A DNA stretch of 64,000 nucleotides from a virus (Duplodnaviria > Caudoviricetes): the IMG/VR virus record IMGVR_UViG_3300033463_000023, positions 1-64,000 of that record, one strand, 5' to 3'. Shown in pieces: positions 37,355 to 47,635 of the stretch. Positions within the stretch are counted from its first letter, which is position 1; each line of letters begins with the position of its first letter. Position numbers and translations under genes: made by a program. Under the pieces are notes generated by a model. That model worked only from the letters and a program-made list of their open reading frames with translations, was not told the origin of the DNA and ran no database searches.

Positions 37355-37687
37355 CTATGCGCGGCGGCGCAGAAATAGCGCAGTCCCCCGGGGCTGCATG
37401 TGAGAGTGACATTATTGAACAACGTTAATTCTACAAACGCCTCGGTCAAGGAGAGGCGGGCGGGTGCAAATCCCGTTTAGGAAGCAACGGTACTGTATCG
37501 CAAACGGGCAATAAACGTCTTGCGGTTTCAGGCGTTCCGGAATAATGCTACGCTATTGACTTATCCTCAAAGGTCACACCGGCGGTGTTCAACGACGAGT
37601 GGACCGGTACTTTGGTAGCCGGAAAGACGGCACCCCTGCGGCCTCACATCCGCAGGTTTTGAAGAGACGACGGTAAAGGAACGAGAT

Positions 37688-37899
37688 ATGACAGAGAAGG
37701 AACGAAACGACAAGGCGTGCCAGGCCTGCGAGGCATTCACGGCACTGACGTTCAGGGAGGCGGTGGCCGGCGGCATCGACACCGGCATCGCCCGCGAGAT
37801 GGCGAAGGTCGTCGGCACGGCACGACGGTCGACTACGAGGCGTGCGCCGTGGACGGCACGAAGATTATGGACGTGTTCGAGACAGGGAAGGAGGGCTGA
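37688..37899 (+). pseudogene. Small gene frameshifted by a 5-nt duplication
   Basis: CGGCA-CGGCA at 37813-37822; removing one copy gives ...KVVGTTVDYEACAVDG...KEG* ending 2 nt before the next ATG. Confidence 0.5.
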
Positions 37900-37901
37900 C
37901 C

Positions 37902-38288
37902 ATGGGCGGCAAGGTATCAGGCATCAGCCCGGATTTCCTGGAGTCCCTGACGGGGACCCGTCCGTGCGAGGGCTGCCCGCTCCAGGAGGGCACCGACCTG
38001 GCGGCGAGAGCCGCCGCCGCCGAGCGCGCAGGCATCGGAAGGGCGGTGTGGAAGGACGGCCAGATCACGGAAGCCCAGATCCTGCCGCTACGGCATGACA
38101 GGGTGACGGCCCTCACATACATCCTGGAGAAGGGCCCGCGGGGGCTTTCTATCAAACAGATGTGCCTCTCCCGGGACCTCGACGAGCACAAGGTGAAGGT
38201 CTACCTGCGCAGCCGTCCCGACGAAGGCGCACCGTGGGGCGCCGGCGGCGGATGGGAGCTGAAGTATACGGTGGAGGTGCCATACTAA
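37902..38288 (+). CDS. Hypothetical protein
   Basis: ORF from ATG 37902. Confidence 0.65.
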   Translation: MGGKVSGISPDFLESLTGTRPCEGCPLQEGTDLAARAAAAERAGIGRAVWKDGQITEAQILPLRHDRVTALTYILEKGPRGLSIKQMCLSRDLDEHKVKVYLRSRPDEGAPWGAGGGWELKYTVEVPY

Positions 38289-38477
38289 GCAGGGGCGTCA
38301 AACAGAAAAGGAAACGATAATGGATAAAGACGGAAACAGCGCGATGCTCAGGCAGCTGGAAGGGGCGAGGGATGCATTCCTCGCCTCGCACCCGGACAGG
38401 CTAAGGGGCTATTACGGTCTGTTAAGGAAATACAGAAAGGGAAAGGACGAGAATGAACGAACTTAAAATGTTGTGAT

Positions 38478-38672
38478 ATGGATTATAGATATACAAGAAT
38501 TTGGAGAGTAGAGCATAAACTTGTTGTCGCTAACACAATAGAAGAAGCAATAGAAGTTTACAAAACTTGGGCTGATTCTGTGGATAATGGAATACCAACT
38601 GATATTACTACCATAAAAGCTGTTGGTGATAACCAAATTCCAGAGAACTTCGATGCTTTAATTAAATATTAA
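38478..38672 (+). CDS. Hypothetical protein (AT-rich island)
   Basis: 64-aa ORF, tight packing. Confidence 0.7.
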   Translation: MDYRYTRIWRVEHKLVVANTIEEAIEVYKTWADSVDNGIPTDITTIKAVGDNQIPENFDALIKY

Positions 38673-38679
38673 TATAATT

Positions 38680-39354
38680 ATGGATTACAAAGAAAAGTGT
38701 GAAAAGGCTTTAAAAATTGCTCGTAAATTATATAACGAGGCAAAAGCCAATGAATATACATTAGATATGGAAGATTATGAGTCTATCTTCCCCGAACTCA
38801 AAGAGAATGAGGATGAGAGTTGGTTTAAAGAAATAGAACTCATGTGTTTAAATTTCAGTAATGATACTGATTATAGAGAAAAATTTTTCACTTGGCTCAA
38901 AAATATCAAAGACAGAGTACAACCAAAGCAAGAGTGGAGTGAAGAGGATGAAAGAATATTTAGCAATATAAATCTTTATATAAGAAAGGCTGGTAATTAT
39001 CCGCATTTTGATAAAGAAAATATAAAAGAAGCAATAAAATGGCTCAAATCCTTTAAAGACAGAGTTCTGCCACAGCAAAAGCAGGAGTGGAGCGATGAGG
39101 ATAATATTATGGTAGAAAATATCAGAAATAGTTTTGGACTTCATTGCGGTCAAATGACAGAGGCTCTTAAAGAACAGTATGATAAATTTTTTAATAAGGT
39201 CAAATCCCTCCGTCCTAAGTCCAATTGGAAGCCGAGTGATGAGCAGATGAGAATACTTGATTTAGCAATTAGATGTGGAATCAACAGAGGTACTACGGAA
39301 GAAACCACCTTAGTCTCGCTATTCAATGATTTAAAGAAATTAAGAGAGGGGTAA
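38680..39354 (+). CDS. Protein with internal WLK..KDRV.P..EWS.ED repeats (AT-rich island)
   Basis: Repeats visible in the translation. Confidence 0.8.
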   Translation: MDYKEKCEKALKIARKLYNEAKANEYTLDMEDYESIFPELKENEDESWFKEIELMCLNFSNDTDYREKFFTWLKNIKDRVQPKQEWSEEDERIFSNINLYIRKAGNYPHFDKENIKEAIKWLKSFKDRVLPQQKQEWSDEDNIMVENIRNSFGLHCGQMTEALKEQYDKFFNKVKSLRPKSNWKPSDEQMRILDLAIRCGINRGTTEETTLVSLFNDLKKLREG

Positions 39355-39356
39355 TC

Positions 39357-39560
39357 ATGGCATTTAAAATTGGTGACATAGTCATGAGAATGGACGGTGA
39401 CAAAAGGCCACATAAGATTGTGGACATAACAGTCCATAACCCTCTTAATCATAATGAGCACACTTTCTTTATGTACCATTATGAGGATGGAGGAAGCGAT
39501 GTAAGCGATTGGAGTTATTTGAAATTGTATGATGGTAAATATAAAAGAATAAAATTATGA
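39357..39560 (+). CDS. Hypothetical protein
   Basis: 67 aa, FKIGD start. Confidence 0.7.
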   Translation: MAFKIGDIVMRMDGDKRPHKIVDITVHNPLNHNEHTFFMYHYEDGGSDVSDWSYLKLYDGKYKRIKL

Positions 39561-39790
39561 GAGTAAACGAAGCACCAGAGAAGATTTATCTGTCGCCAAT
39601 TACTCTTGAAGAAGTAAAAAAAAATGTCATAACAAGACCTACTGATTCAAGAGATATTGAGTACACCCGTACTGATGCCTTTATTGAGAAGGCTTGCGAG
39701 TGGTTAGAACCAGTACTGAAAAATTATGCGGGATATTATGTAGGTGAAGACATCTTAGAAGATTTCAAAGACTATATGAAAGGAGAGTAA
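39557..39790 (+). CDS. Hypothetical protein
   Basis: 77 aa, overlapping start/stop. Confidence 0.7.
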   Translation: MRVNEAPEKIYLSPITLEEVKKNVITRPTDSRDIEYTRTDAFIEKACEWLEPVLKNYAGYYVGEDILEDFKDYMKGE

Positions 39791-39793
39791 GAT

Positions 39794-39913
39794 ATGAAAT
39801 GTCCAAACTGTGGTGGTGAACTTAAAGAAACAGAGGGCGTTGCTTATGGTGGCAAACACTCATATTACTGTATAGTATGTGGTTATAAAAAATGGTTATA
39901 TAAACAAGATTGA
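39794..39913 (+). CDS. 39-aa zinc-ribbon peptide
   Basis: MKCPNCGG...YCIVCGY (hand translation). Confidence 0.65.
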   Translation: MKCPNCGGELKETEGVAYGGKHSYYCIVCGYKKWLYKQD

Positions 39914-39915
39914 TT

Positions 39916-40215
39916 ATGGAACAGTATATAAAGAAATCCGCTATAATAGCGGAGATAGAGAGATTAAAAAACACAAGTCTTGAATATGGCTATAATACTA
40001 TGCAAAAGGTATTAGCAGATTCTGGTAAAGATATATCTCTTGGACAATTGCAATATTTCCTCGACACACTTGAAGTGAAAGAGGTGGACTTTGAGAAAAA
40101 GAAAATAGAATGGATAGAACAATTATGCAAATACTTTAAAGCAAATTATTTGTATGTTAGTGGGCATGAAAGTTTTATATCCGATTTCCGTAGATATGCA
40201 AAGAATTTAAAATAA
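39916..40215 (+). CDS. Hypothetical protein
   Basis: ORF in tight operon. Confidence 0.7.
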   Translation: MEQYIKKSAIIAEIERLKNTSLEYGYNTMQKVLADSGKDISLGQLQYFLDTLEVKEVDFEKKKIEWIEQLCKYFKANYLYVSGHESFISDFRRYAKNLK

Positions 40216-40236
40216 AGCACAGAAAGAAGAATAGTT

Positions 40237-40428
40237 ATGGCACAATTTATTAGGTTATATACTCAAGGCAGACGTGGTGAGATAATGGTCAATGTTGACG
40301 AAATCAGCTCTTGTCACATAGAAGGCGGTTTTAGCTACACAGTCTATATACTTATCCTTAAAAACGGAACAAAGTACAATTTAAATGCGGAATCGTATAA
40401 CAAAGTTACTAACTTAATAGGAGAATAG
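40237..40428 (+). CDS. Hypothetical protein
   Basis: 63-aa ORF. Confidence 0.7.
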   Translation: MAQFIRLYTQGRRGEIMVNVDEISSCHIEGGFSYTVYILILKNGTKYNLNAESYNKVTNLIGE

Positions 40429-40429
40429 T

Positions 40430-40942
40430 ATGAAAGACAAGGTAGAATTGATTCGCAAAGAGATTGAAAGGCGAATAAACAAACTTAATAAGCCGTTTTA
40501 TACGCCAGATACTCCTTGCGGTATTGCATTACAGACATATAAAGAAATGCTTTCTTTTATCGACTCCTTGCCCGAAGAGCGACCAGTGCCTATATCTCCT
40601 GCTGATGTCGGGTTTGAAGCGCTTGGTAAAGCATGGGATGAAAAAGCTAGGAGAGAGCTGGAGGATGAAGAATTGAAAAAAGAGATAAAAGTCTTCTTAG
40701 ATAAGACAGGTGCTCCTTTCTATTGGGCTGGGGACGAAGAACAGCTTGAATGGCTTGAGATTATTGCAAAGCATTTTGCTAACTGGAAAAAGCGGCTGAT
40801 GGCGAAGGAGGCTATTAACGGGGAGGTGTTTGATAGCTACGACAAAGATATATGCCAACACCATTTGGAATTGTTAGTTGATATTCCTAAGCAATACAAA
40901 GATGGCGACAAGGTTAAACTGATAATCATTAAGGAGGAATAG
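40430..40942 (+). CDS. Hypothetical protein
   Basis: 170 aa, ends KDGDKVKLIIIKEE. Confidence 0.75.
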   Translation: MKDKVELIRKEIERRINKLNKPFYTPDTPCGIALQTYKEMLSFIDSLPEERPVPISPADVGFEALGKAWDEKARRELEDEELKKEIKVFLDKTGAPFYWAGDEEQLEWLEIIAKHFANWKKRLMAKEAINGEVFDSYDKDICQHHLELLVDIPKQYKDGDKVKLIIIKEE

Positions 40943-41101
40943 CTATGGCAGCACAGTTTTTTGAAAGGGTCTTAGAGAGGTTCGGCTGGGTAGACTATGT
41001 CTTTCTGGCTTTAATTGCATTCCTTATTGTCTACGGCCTGTATTGGGACAAGGACTATTATTAGGAAGTATTGGGAAGTATTTTGGAAGTAATTGGGAAC
41101 T

Positions 41102-41908
41102 ATGACATTTGAAGAAGTAAAACAAGCGGCACAAGTATTTAACCGCATTAACAGCATTCGCAGCTACGTGACGAAGGAACGCTTCGCAATGGTTGCACAA
41201 ACCCGATTCGGCATTGACGATGAGGACGTGATTGACGTGATGTATGGTATGTTGCACATGACACCGCGAATGGTGTACTACATCGCCAACTTCGGAGAGC
41301 AGGACATGCACGAGCCGAAGCGCATCAAGCATCTGCCAAAGGCTATCGAGATAGCGGAATCTGCCTACTCGATGAAGCCGAGCGACTGGGACGCTGACCA
41401 CGTTCCGCACATCGAGCACAACATCTACAGGCGTGAGGACAAGCGTCGATACTTCTACACCGACAACGACAAACAGCAGACGCTCGATGTCAGCATGTCG
41501 TCACGCGAGGACTTGCTGATCCTGTCGGAACTGCTGCGGCGTGAGGTCAAGATTAACGGCGTGGCTGAACACCTCGGCTATCTGGAAGGCGAACACAACC
41601 GCAACGGGCGTGAGAAGTTCCACTACTTCGAGGGCGACATCTACATGCTCTACGGCGACCCGACCGACCGCGTGTTCTATGACTGGACTCGCGCAAAGGA
41701 TTCTGGCGTTTATGTCGCCACGGAGAAAGGCTGGCGAAAGTTGCTCTACACTCCCACCCGTGGCTATGTCGAGCGCAGTGGTGAGTTGAGCTTCGTCGAT
41801 GACAAGCACTTCTATTCGGACTACATGCTCGAAGCATCGGGCAAAGGATTCCTCTACGTCGGCAACATCCACAACGATATGTCTGTACTATACGAGAGTG
41901 AGCAATAA
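41102..41908 (+). CDS. Hypothetical protein, YopX-like C-terminal half
   Basis: NG....YFEGDI...VGNIHND motifs. Confidence 0.65.
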   Translation: MTFEEVKQAAQVFNRINSIRSYVTKERFAMVAQTRFGIDDEDVIDVMYGMLHMTPRMVYYIANFGEQDMHEPKRIKHLPKAIEIAESAYSMKPSDWDADHVPHIEHNIYRREDKRRYFYTDNDKQQTLDVSMSSREDLLILSELLRREVKINGVAEHLGYLEGEHNRNGREKFHYFEGDIYMLYGDPTDRVFYDWTRAKDSGVYVATEKGWRKLLYTPTRGYVERSGELSFVDDKHFYSDYMLEASGKGFLYVGNIHNDMSVLYESEQ

Positions 41909-41952
41909 GCGAAACAGATATCGTTTTAACAATAAACTTATAAGTGAAGATT

Positions 41953-42249
41953 ATGGAAGCATGGAAAATCAGAAGAGCGAGGAAGAAACTCACTAAGTGG
42001 AATGACTACATTGTCAGCGAGTCGTCGTATGTGTTTGGTGCTCCATACAAACAGATGGGCGGTCGGACGTTCAAAGCCGAGTGTGCAGAGTCGGCTATCC
42101 GTCGTGCTCTGAGACATTGGGAGCGTCAATATCATCGCTTTCACGACAGAGGTGCGTCCGACTTGTGCAACCTATCGCCTACCACTCGACGATTTGGACG
42201 ATTCGAGGCTGTCAACGTTCAAAAGAACTTCGCTTATTATTTCAGATAA
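41953..42249 (+). CDS. Hypothetical protein
   Basis: ORF from ATG 41953. Confidence 0.55.
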   Translation: MEAWKIRRARKKLTKWNDYIVSESSYVFGAPYKQMGGRTFKAECAESAIRRALRHWERQYHRFHDRGASDLCNLSPTTRRFGRFEAVNVQKNFAYYFR

Positions 42250-42260
42250 ACAAAGGCGAT

Positions 42261-43025
42261 ATGGAAAACAAAGAAGAAAAGAAGATTGACAGATGCAAAT
42301 ATGCGCATCATCATTTCAACGGCGACATTTCTTGCATAGAGGCAGGAATGGCAGACGACAAGGCTGTGACGACCAACGAAGCCAAGTGTGAGACCTGCGA
42401 GAAGTACAAGTCGCGCTACATCGAATTTCCGCTGACGATTGACAAAATCGACGTGGAGCCGATAAAGACGGACAGCTTGAATGCCAAGACTGGCGACTTT
42501 GTGGCCGTGCGTCCATGTGGCGAGGAATACGGTGGCAAGACTTATCTCGGTATTTTCATCGGCGACCTGCCGATACAAAGTCTGGTGTCTTTCTACGAAA
42601 AGACAAGGACGCTGCGTGTCTCGACGATGGGCAATCCTGCAATGCTTGTGCCACAGTTGAACAAGATTATCTACGGATGCGGTTCATGGTGGCACAAGAT
42701 CAAGAGCGAGAAAGACCTGCGCGAGATAACCGACGGCGATATCAACGACACGTGGTATGTGAAGATGGCACACCAGATGATGCAGCAGCGCAGGAAGTCG
42801 AGCATTGAACTGAAAGAGGGCGACCGATTCCAGCAGGCATGGAAAGGATGCAAGGAGCCGATGTGGTTCAAGGTGCTCAATATCGACCGTCCGAACAACA
42901 GCCTGCGCGTGGAGTGTCACAGTATTAGCGGAGACATGCACGAAGAGGAATGGGACGAACTCGACGTTACAGAGTCGGCCTTTGATGTTGGCGAATATAA
43001 AATGATAGAAGATATGGAGGACTGA
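42261..43025 (+). CDS. Hypothetical protein
   Basis: ORF from ATG 42261. Confidence 0.8.
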   Translation: MENKEEKKIDRCKYAHHHFNGDISCIEAGMADDKAVTTNEAKCETCEKYKSRYIEFPLTIDKIDVEPIKTDSLNAKTGDFVAVRPCGEEYGGKTYLGIFIGDLPIQSLVSFYEKTRTLRVSTMGNPAMLVPQLNKIIYGCGSWWHKIKSEKDLREITDGDINDTWYVKMAHQMMQQRRKSSIELKEGDRFQQAWKGCKEPMWFKVLNIDRPNNSLRVECHSISGDMHEEEWDELDVTESAFDVGEYKMIEDMED

Positions 43026-43029
43026 CACG

Positions 43030-43380
43030 ATGATGACCCATGACGAAATCTCACGCTTCTTCAGCGAGGAAGACGTAAATAGGGCGTTCCAGTTTCCCGA
43101 TTGGCATGCGGGAACGGAAATAGTGTGCTACTGCCGCTCTACCGACAGCCGCGATACCATTGAGCAGATAGCCCAGCGAGGCGGGTGGAAGATTGTGAAG
43201 TACGTCCACATCGACGAACTGCCGATAGCCCAGCTCTACAAGCCAGGGCAGGCGGTGTTCGCCAAGCGCGAGGCGTTGGAGTGGAAGAAAGATCCAACGA
43301 TGCCGAGTTACGAAGAATGGCGCAATCAGATGCTTGGCGGCCTGCGCCCGTCGGACTGGGATAGATTCATAGTAAGATAA
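43030..43380 (+). CDS. Hypothetical protein
   Basis: 116-aa ORF. Confidence 0.7.
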   Translation: MMTHDEISRFFSEEDVNRAFQFPDWHAGTEIVCYCRSTDSRDTIEQIAQRGGWKIVKYVHIDELPIAQLYKPGQAVFAKREALEWKKDPTMPSYEEWRNQMLGGLRPSDWDRFIVR

Positions 43381-43397
43381 TTAAAAGGAATACGATT

Positions 43398-44030
43398 ATG
43401 AAAGAAGCAAAAGAAATGATGATCAAGTTGCCGATGGTTACGGCAACATCGTATGAAGAACTGAACAAGGCGAGAACCTACCCTCAGTCGGGGCGGTACA
43501 TCGTGAAGATGGACAACGGCGATATCATGGTGGCCGACGTGACGCTACGACCCGTCGAGCAGGGTGAGGCACGTACAATCGACGAGGGCACACAATCGAC
43601 CTGCACCTGCTTTGTCGGTCAGCCCGTAGTGCTCGACCCCGACGAGTGGACATTGGCTATCGACCTGGAGAATGCGAGGCTGGCATACGAGGCAGACCGC
43701 AAGCGGATGGAGGAACAGATGCGGGAAGCCAACGAACGCCACGAGGCTGAGATGGCGGAGCAGAAAGAGAAATGTGAAGCTGTCTGCCGCGAGACAGAGG
43801 AAAACTGCAAGAAGCTGATTGAAGAGAAGGAGAAGGAACTGTCGGCTCACGCAGAGGAAAACGACCGCACACTGGCCATGCGCCGCATGGAACTGGAGCA
43901 GGAGTACGAGAAGAAGATAATGAAACTCGAACTCGACACACCTAAACGCTTTGCACAGGGCGAGTGGGTCAGCGGCAAAACACTGACGGAAATCATCAGG
44001 ACGCTGACAGCAGGAAAGAAGGAGGACTGA
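43398..44030 (+). CDS. Hypothetical coiled-coil protein
   Basis: 210 aa, ACGATT-ATG start. Confidence 0.8.
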   Translation: MKEAKEMMIKLPMVTATSYEELNKARTYPQSGRYIVKMDNGDIMVADVTLRPVEQGEARTIDEGTQSTCTCFVGQPVVLDPDEWTLAIDLENARLAYEADRKRMEEQMREANERHEAEMAEQKEKCEAVCRETEENCKKLIEEKEKELSAHAEENDRTLAMRRMELEQEYEKKIMKLELDTPKRFAQGEWVSGKTLTEIIRTLTAGKKED

Positions 44031-44059
44031 ACACGAATTATCACGAATTGACACGAATT

Positions 44060-44617
44060 ATGGAAGACGAAGTAGCAAAATGTGTAGCAGAAGGCATTGC
44101 AGATAGAATGCTGGATGCTCTCGAAAAGAAGGTAAAAAGACAAATTGGCGATGCCAGTGAAGACGAGATACCTGCAGGACTTGGCAAGTTATATTTTTGT
44201 CTCGTTGAAGACTTGAAGGATAATCCCGATGCACAGCCAATCCCGCTCGGCGAGGCTGTGAGCATCAAGCCTGGAATGCTGACCTGCAAGGATGATGACG
44301 ATGCAAGGCTGGGTTATAGCGCAAAGGGTTTCAGCACCACGTTCACGGGAACGATGGAAGAGCCAAGTGACGAATTGATGGCGCTGCTGAAAAAGCCGTT
44401 GAAGTGTGATGTGAAGTTACAGCGTCAACTGGGACGTATGCCACGCAAGATGAAGAAGGCGCACCGCTCGGACTATCCACGTAACACCAAGTGGAAGCGG
44501 AAGGTGGCCAACTATCTGCGCCGCATGACAATCTATCTTCGCAATGGAGAGTTGGTTGTCACCGAAGAGCAGCTCAATCGTCTGTCGGCAACGATATGCG
44601 GTTCAAAGGTGCAGTAA
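44060..44617 (+). CDS. Hypothetical protein
   Basis: ORF from ATG 44060. Confidence 0.7.
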   Translation: MEDEVAKCVAEGIADRMLDALEKKVKRQIGDASEDEIPAGLGKLYFCLVEDLKDNPDAQPIPLGEAVSIKPGMLTCKDDDDARLGYSAKGFSTTFTGTMEEPSDELMALLKKPLKCDVKLQRQLGRMPRKMKKAHRSDYPRNTKWKRKVANYLRRMTIYLRNGELVVTEEQLNRLSATICGSKVQ

Positions 44618-44679
44618 TTCGTGCAATCCGTGCCATCCGTGGTCAAGAAAAAATAATTAGTGATTAAAAACATGGCGAT

Positions 44680-45444
44680 ATGAAAGAAGTAACATTGTAT
44701 GGCGGCACGATTGACAGCTGCCTGAAGGATTTAAGGGAAATGGCCGCTTCCGACGAGAGCGGCGAGGTGTTGAAGGCTGTGTTCAACGACAAGTATCTGC
44801 TTTCGACCGATACCGACGATGACGCCTATCTGCGCATCACGGGCATGACGAAGGCCGAACACGACGAGTACGTGAGGAAGTGGCAGGAGGACTACGAGGC
44901 CAAGCGGAAGGCGCACGAGGCACGCATCCCCGAGCTGACGGAACACTACCGCAAGGTGGCTCGCGGCGTGATCATCGAGAGCGAACTGGAGTATTGGGAC
45001 GAGATAGTGCCTATCCGTCTCGGCGACCTCTACCGTGGCATGGAGCTTGACCAGGTGCTCGACTGTGCCAGGGTGATGCGCGACGAGACGCTGAGCCGCA
45101 TAGAGCGACTGCGCAAGGCTTACAAGATTTTCAACGATGCAGGTCACAGCGGCATGTCGGCAGGGCTGACGATGGCGATGCTGCGCCGCTTCTGTCCCGA
45201 CGGCAACGAGCTGGCCGATGCCTGCAACGAGTTCCGCTACGAACCCGACCACAAGACGAAGCTGTACGTCAGCCGCGACGGTGACGGCAAGCTGCTCCTG
45301 CACTTTGCCTATCCGCATTGGGGCGACAACCACGATTTCCGCAGCCCGAACCAAGTGGAGCTGAACCCGCTGCTGTTTCCCGAAGTGAAGCCCGGCAGCA
45401 GGGTGGAGTACATCGCAGGCGAAGTGTTTGACACAATCAGATAA
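44680..45444 (+). CDS. Hypothetical protein
   Basis: 254 aa with GHSGMS motif. Confidence 0.8.
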   Translation: MKEVTLYGGTIDSCLKDLREMAASDESGEVLKAVFNDKYLLSTDTDDDAYLRITGMTKAEHDEYVRKWQEDYEAKRKAHEARIPELTEHYRKVARGVIIESELEYWDEIVPIRLGDLYRGMELDQVLDCARVMRDETLSRIERLRKAYKIFNDAGHSGMSAGLTMAMLRRFCPDGNELADACNEFRYEPDHKTKLYVSRDGDGKLLLHFAYPHWGDNHDFRSPNQVELNPLLFPEVKPGSRVEYIAGEVFDTIR

Positions 45445-45498
45445 GGAGGACTGACCACGAATTAAACGAATTATTCACTTAACAAACATTTTGGCGAT

Positions 45499-46905
45499 AT
45501 GAAAGAAAGAGTCATTGAAATCAGTCCTGACGAGAGGGTGTACGCCATCGTCGTCAGGTACCAGGACCGGGACGGTGCCGAGCAGGAGCAGGCGATAGAG
45601 GTAGCCGGCATCAGGCCCATCGACCTCGGCAGCCTGAAGTTCCGCGTCGGCCTCGTGTCCGACCTCCACTTCGACATTGAGGACGCGCACAACTCCGAGT
45701 ACGCGTCGGACCTCGTCAACGCCGTCGGCTACTTCCGGGAGCGCGGCGTGGACTTCATCCTGTGCCCGGGCGACCTCTGCGAGTACAGCGACGGCGACCT
45801 GAAGGCGTTCAACGAGGTGTACAACGCCCACGCGTGGGCGAAGACGGACTGCCAGCTGCGCTTCTTCGCCGCCGTCGGCAACCACGACTACCTGCGCCTG
45901 TTCAAGAAGGGCCAGGACCTGGAGGCCCTGTCCCAGCAGTTCCGGCCGTTCACCGGCGAGGACGCCTTCGCCAAGTACGGCTATGCGGAGAAGACCGACT
46001 ACCTGCAGTTCTTCGAGTATGACGGGGCCTGGGACAGGCAGTACGTCAGGAAGGAGAACCGTACGGTGAAGAGCAAGCTGTCGTACTGGTTCCGCCACAA
46101 GGGCATGATCTTCGTCACCCTCGCCGTCGACTACGGCGACGACACCGGCGAGGTATGGGACGAGCTGGCGCGGGGCTACCACCTTCTCGACCACGGCAAC
46201 AGGTACGTCAAGCAGATGGTGGAGTACGTGCAGGACACGAACTACGCCCGCGAGGACGGCTCCCTGGACTTCCAGTTCTACAACCCGAACGCCCTGGTGT
46301 GGCTGAAGGACATCCTCGAGAACACCAGGGGCACGAGGAAGGTGCTGAACATGCACCACTTCCTCCCCCACAAGGCCGGCGACTCCGACGGCGCCTGCTC
46401 GCGCCTCAGGGTCTGGCCGTACTCGGAATCCAAGGCCGTCCGGCAGAGGTACTACTACGGCAGCAACACCCCGTGCGGCCTGACCTTCTGGTACCTCGAC
46501 AAGCTGACCAACGAGTTCGCCGACGACCTGATCGTCGTCCACGGCCACTCGCACCGCGTGTGGAACGACGTGACTTCGTTCTGCAACAAGGACTACGTCG
46601 TCCGCAAGCCCACTGGCGGCGAGGTGACTCCTTTGGTGGACAACCTCGACTCGCTGAAGGGCACGCAGTACGACTACCGCCTGTACCAGCGGGAGTCTGA
46701 CACCCCCTGCGGCGGCTCCGCGTGGACCATCGGCCTGCCGTCGCTGTCCAAGCCCGTCGACATGGACGGGAGGGTGCTCTACGGCGCCTCCGAGGGCGGC
46801 GTGATGAACGTCTACGAGAACGGCATAGAGATAGAGTGCGTCCGCTTCAAGGAGGAGGGCTCCGCCGCGTATGCCAACGAGACCGTCAAGACCGTGGTGC
46901 TATGA
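45499..46905 (+). CDS. Calcineurin-like metallophosphoesterase
   Basis: SDLH, GDL, GNHD, MHH, HGHSH. Confidence 0.88.
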   Translation: MKERVIEISPDERVYAIVVRYQDRDGAEQEQAIEVAGIRPIDLGSLKFRVGLVSDLHFDIEDAHNSEYASDLVNAVGYFRERGVDFILCPGDLCEYSDGDLKAFNEVYNAHAWAKTDCQLRFFAAVGNHDYLRLFKKGQDLEALSQQFRPFTGEDAFAKYGYAEKTDYLQFFEYDGAWDRQYVRKENRTVKSKLSYWFRHKGMIFVTLAVDYGDDTGEVWDELARGYHLLDHGNRYVKQMVEYVQDTNYAREDGSLDFQFYNPNALVWLKDILENTRGTRKVLNMHHFLPHKAGDSDGACSRLRVWPYSESKAVRQRYYYGSNTPCGLTFWYLDKLTNEFADDLIVVHGHSHRVWNDVTSFCNKDYVVRKPTGGEVTPLVDNLDSLKGTQYDYRLYQRESDTPCGGSAWTIGLPSLSKPVDMDGRVLYGASEGGVMNVYENGIEIECVRFKEEGSAAYANETVKTVVL

Positions 46906-47204
46906 GGCAGGGACGGACGAAGACCTGCGGGACCCCGTCGTTCCAGGAGTTCTGGGACGCCTACGGCCTGAAGCGCGACCGCATCGCCGCCGAGCGGGCG
47001 TGGAACCGCCTGTCGGCAGGGGACAGGCGTGCCGCCGTCGCCGGCATCGCCGCCTACCGCGGGGACTGCCTGCGACGCGGCGTCTCGATGATGTACGGCC
47101 AGGGCTACCTGAGCCACCGCCGCTGGGAGGACGAGCCGGAGGCGCCGGCCGCCGCCCCGGCGCGCCAGGCCCCCGGCGACCTCGACGGCATGGAGATATG
47201 GTAA
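46902..47204 (+). CDS. Small protein resembling phage replication-initiator C-terminal domain
   Basis: FQEFWDAY...AERAWNRL...YLSHRRWEDE; ATGA overlap. Confidence 0.6.
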   Translation: MRQGRTKTCGTPSFQEFWDAYGLKRDRIAAERAWNRLSAGDRRAAVAGIAAYRGDCLRRGVSMMYGQGYLSHRRWEDEPEAPAAAPARQAPGDLDGMEIW

Positions 47205-47224
47205 CACGAAAAAGAAACTACAGT

Positions 47225-47635
47225 ATGAAGGCAAGAGTTAAGAACCTGCAGCCGTGGATGGACTACTTCATGATGCTGCAGCGGTACGAGAGGGACGGCT
47301 TCCTGCAGACGGAGGCCGAGAAGCACGAGGCCTACCTCACCAGGGCGGCGCTCTGCACGCTGGCGGAGGGCGGGAAGGAAGCCGCGGCGCCGGCCGACAT
47401 GGACTACGTGGCCATGCTGTCGCGTGGCACGCCGAGGGTGCTGCGCTGCATACGCACCTACGCCGCGTGGCTCAGCCGCGAGGGGAGGGACTACCTGTCC
47501 CGTCCCTTCGCCCTGCACGTGGTGCACGAGGACGGCCCGCACGACCTGCTATACACGATCGTCCTCACCGGCCGCCGGCGGTGGTGGATGCCCTGGACGT
47601 GGCACGACAGCATGGAGGTGATCGTCTATGACTGA
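47225..47635 (+). CDS. Hypothetical protein
   Basis: ORF from ATG 47225. Confidence 0.7.
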   Translation: MKARVKNLQPWMDYFMMLQRYERDGFLQTEAEKHEAYLTRAALCTLAEGGKEAAAPADMDYVAMLSRGTPRVLRCIRTYAAWLSREGRDYLSRPFALHVVHEDGPHDLLYTIVLTGRRRWWMPWTWHDSMEVIVYD

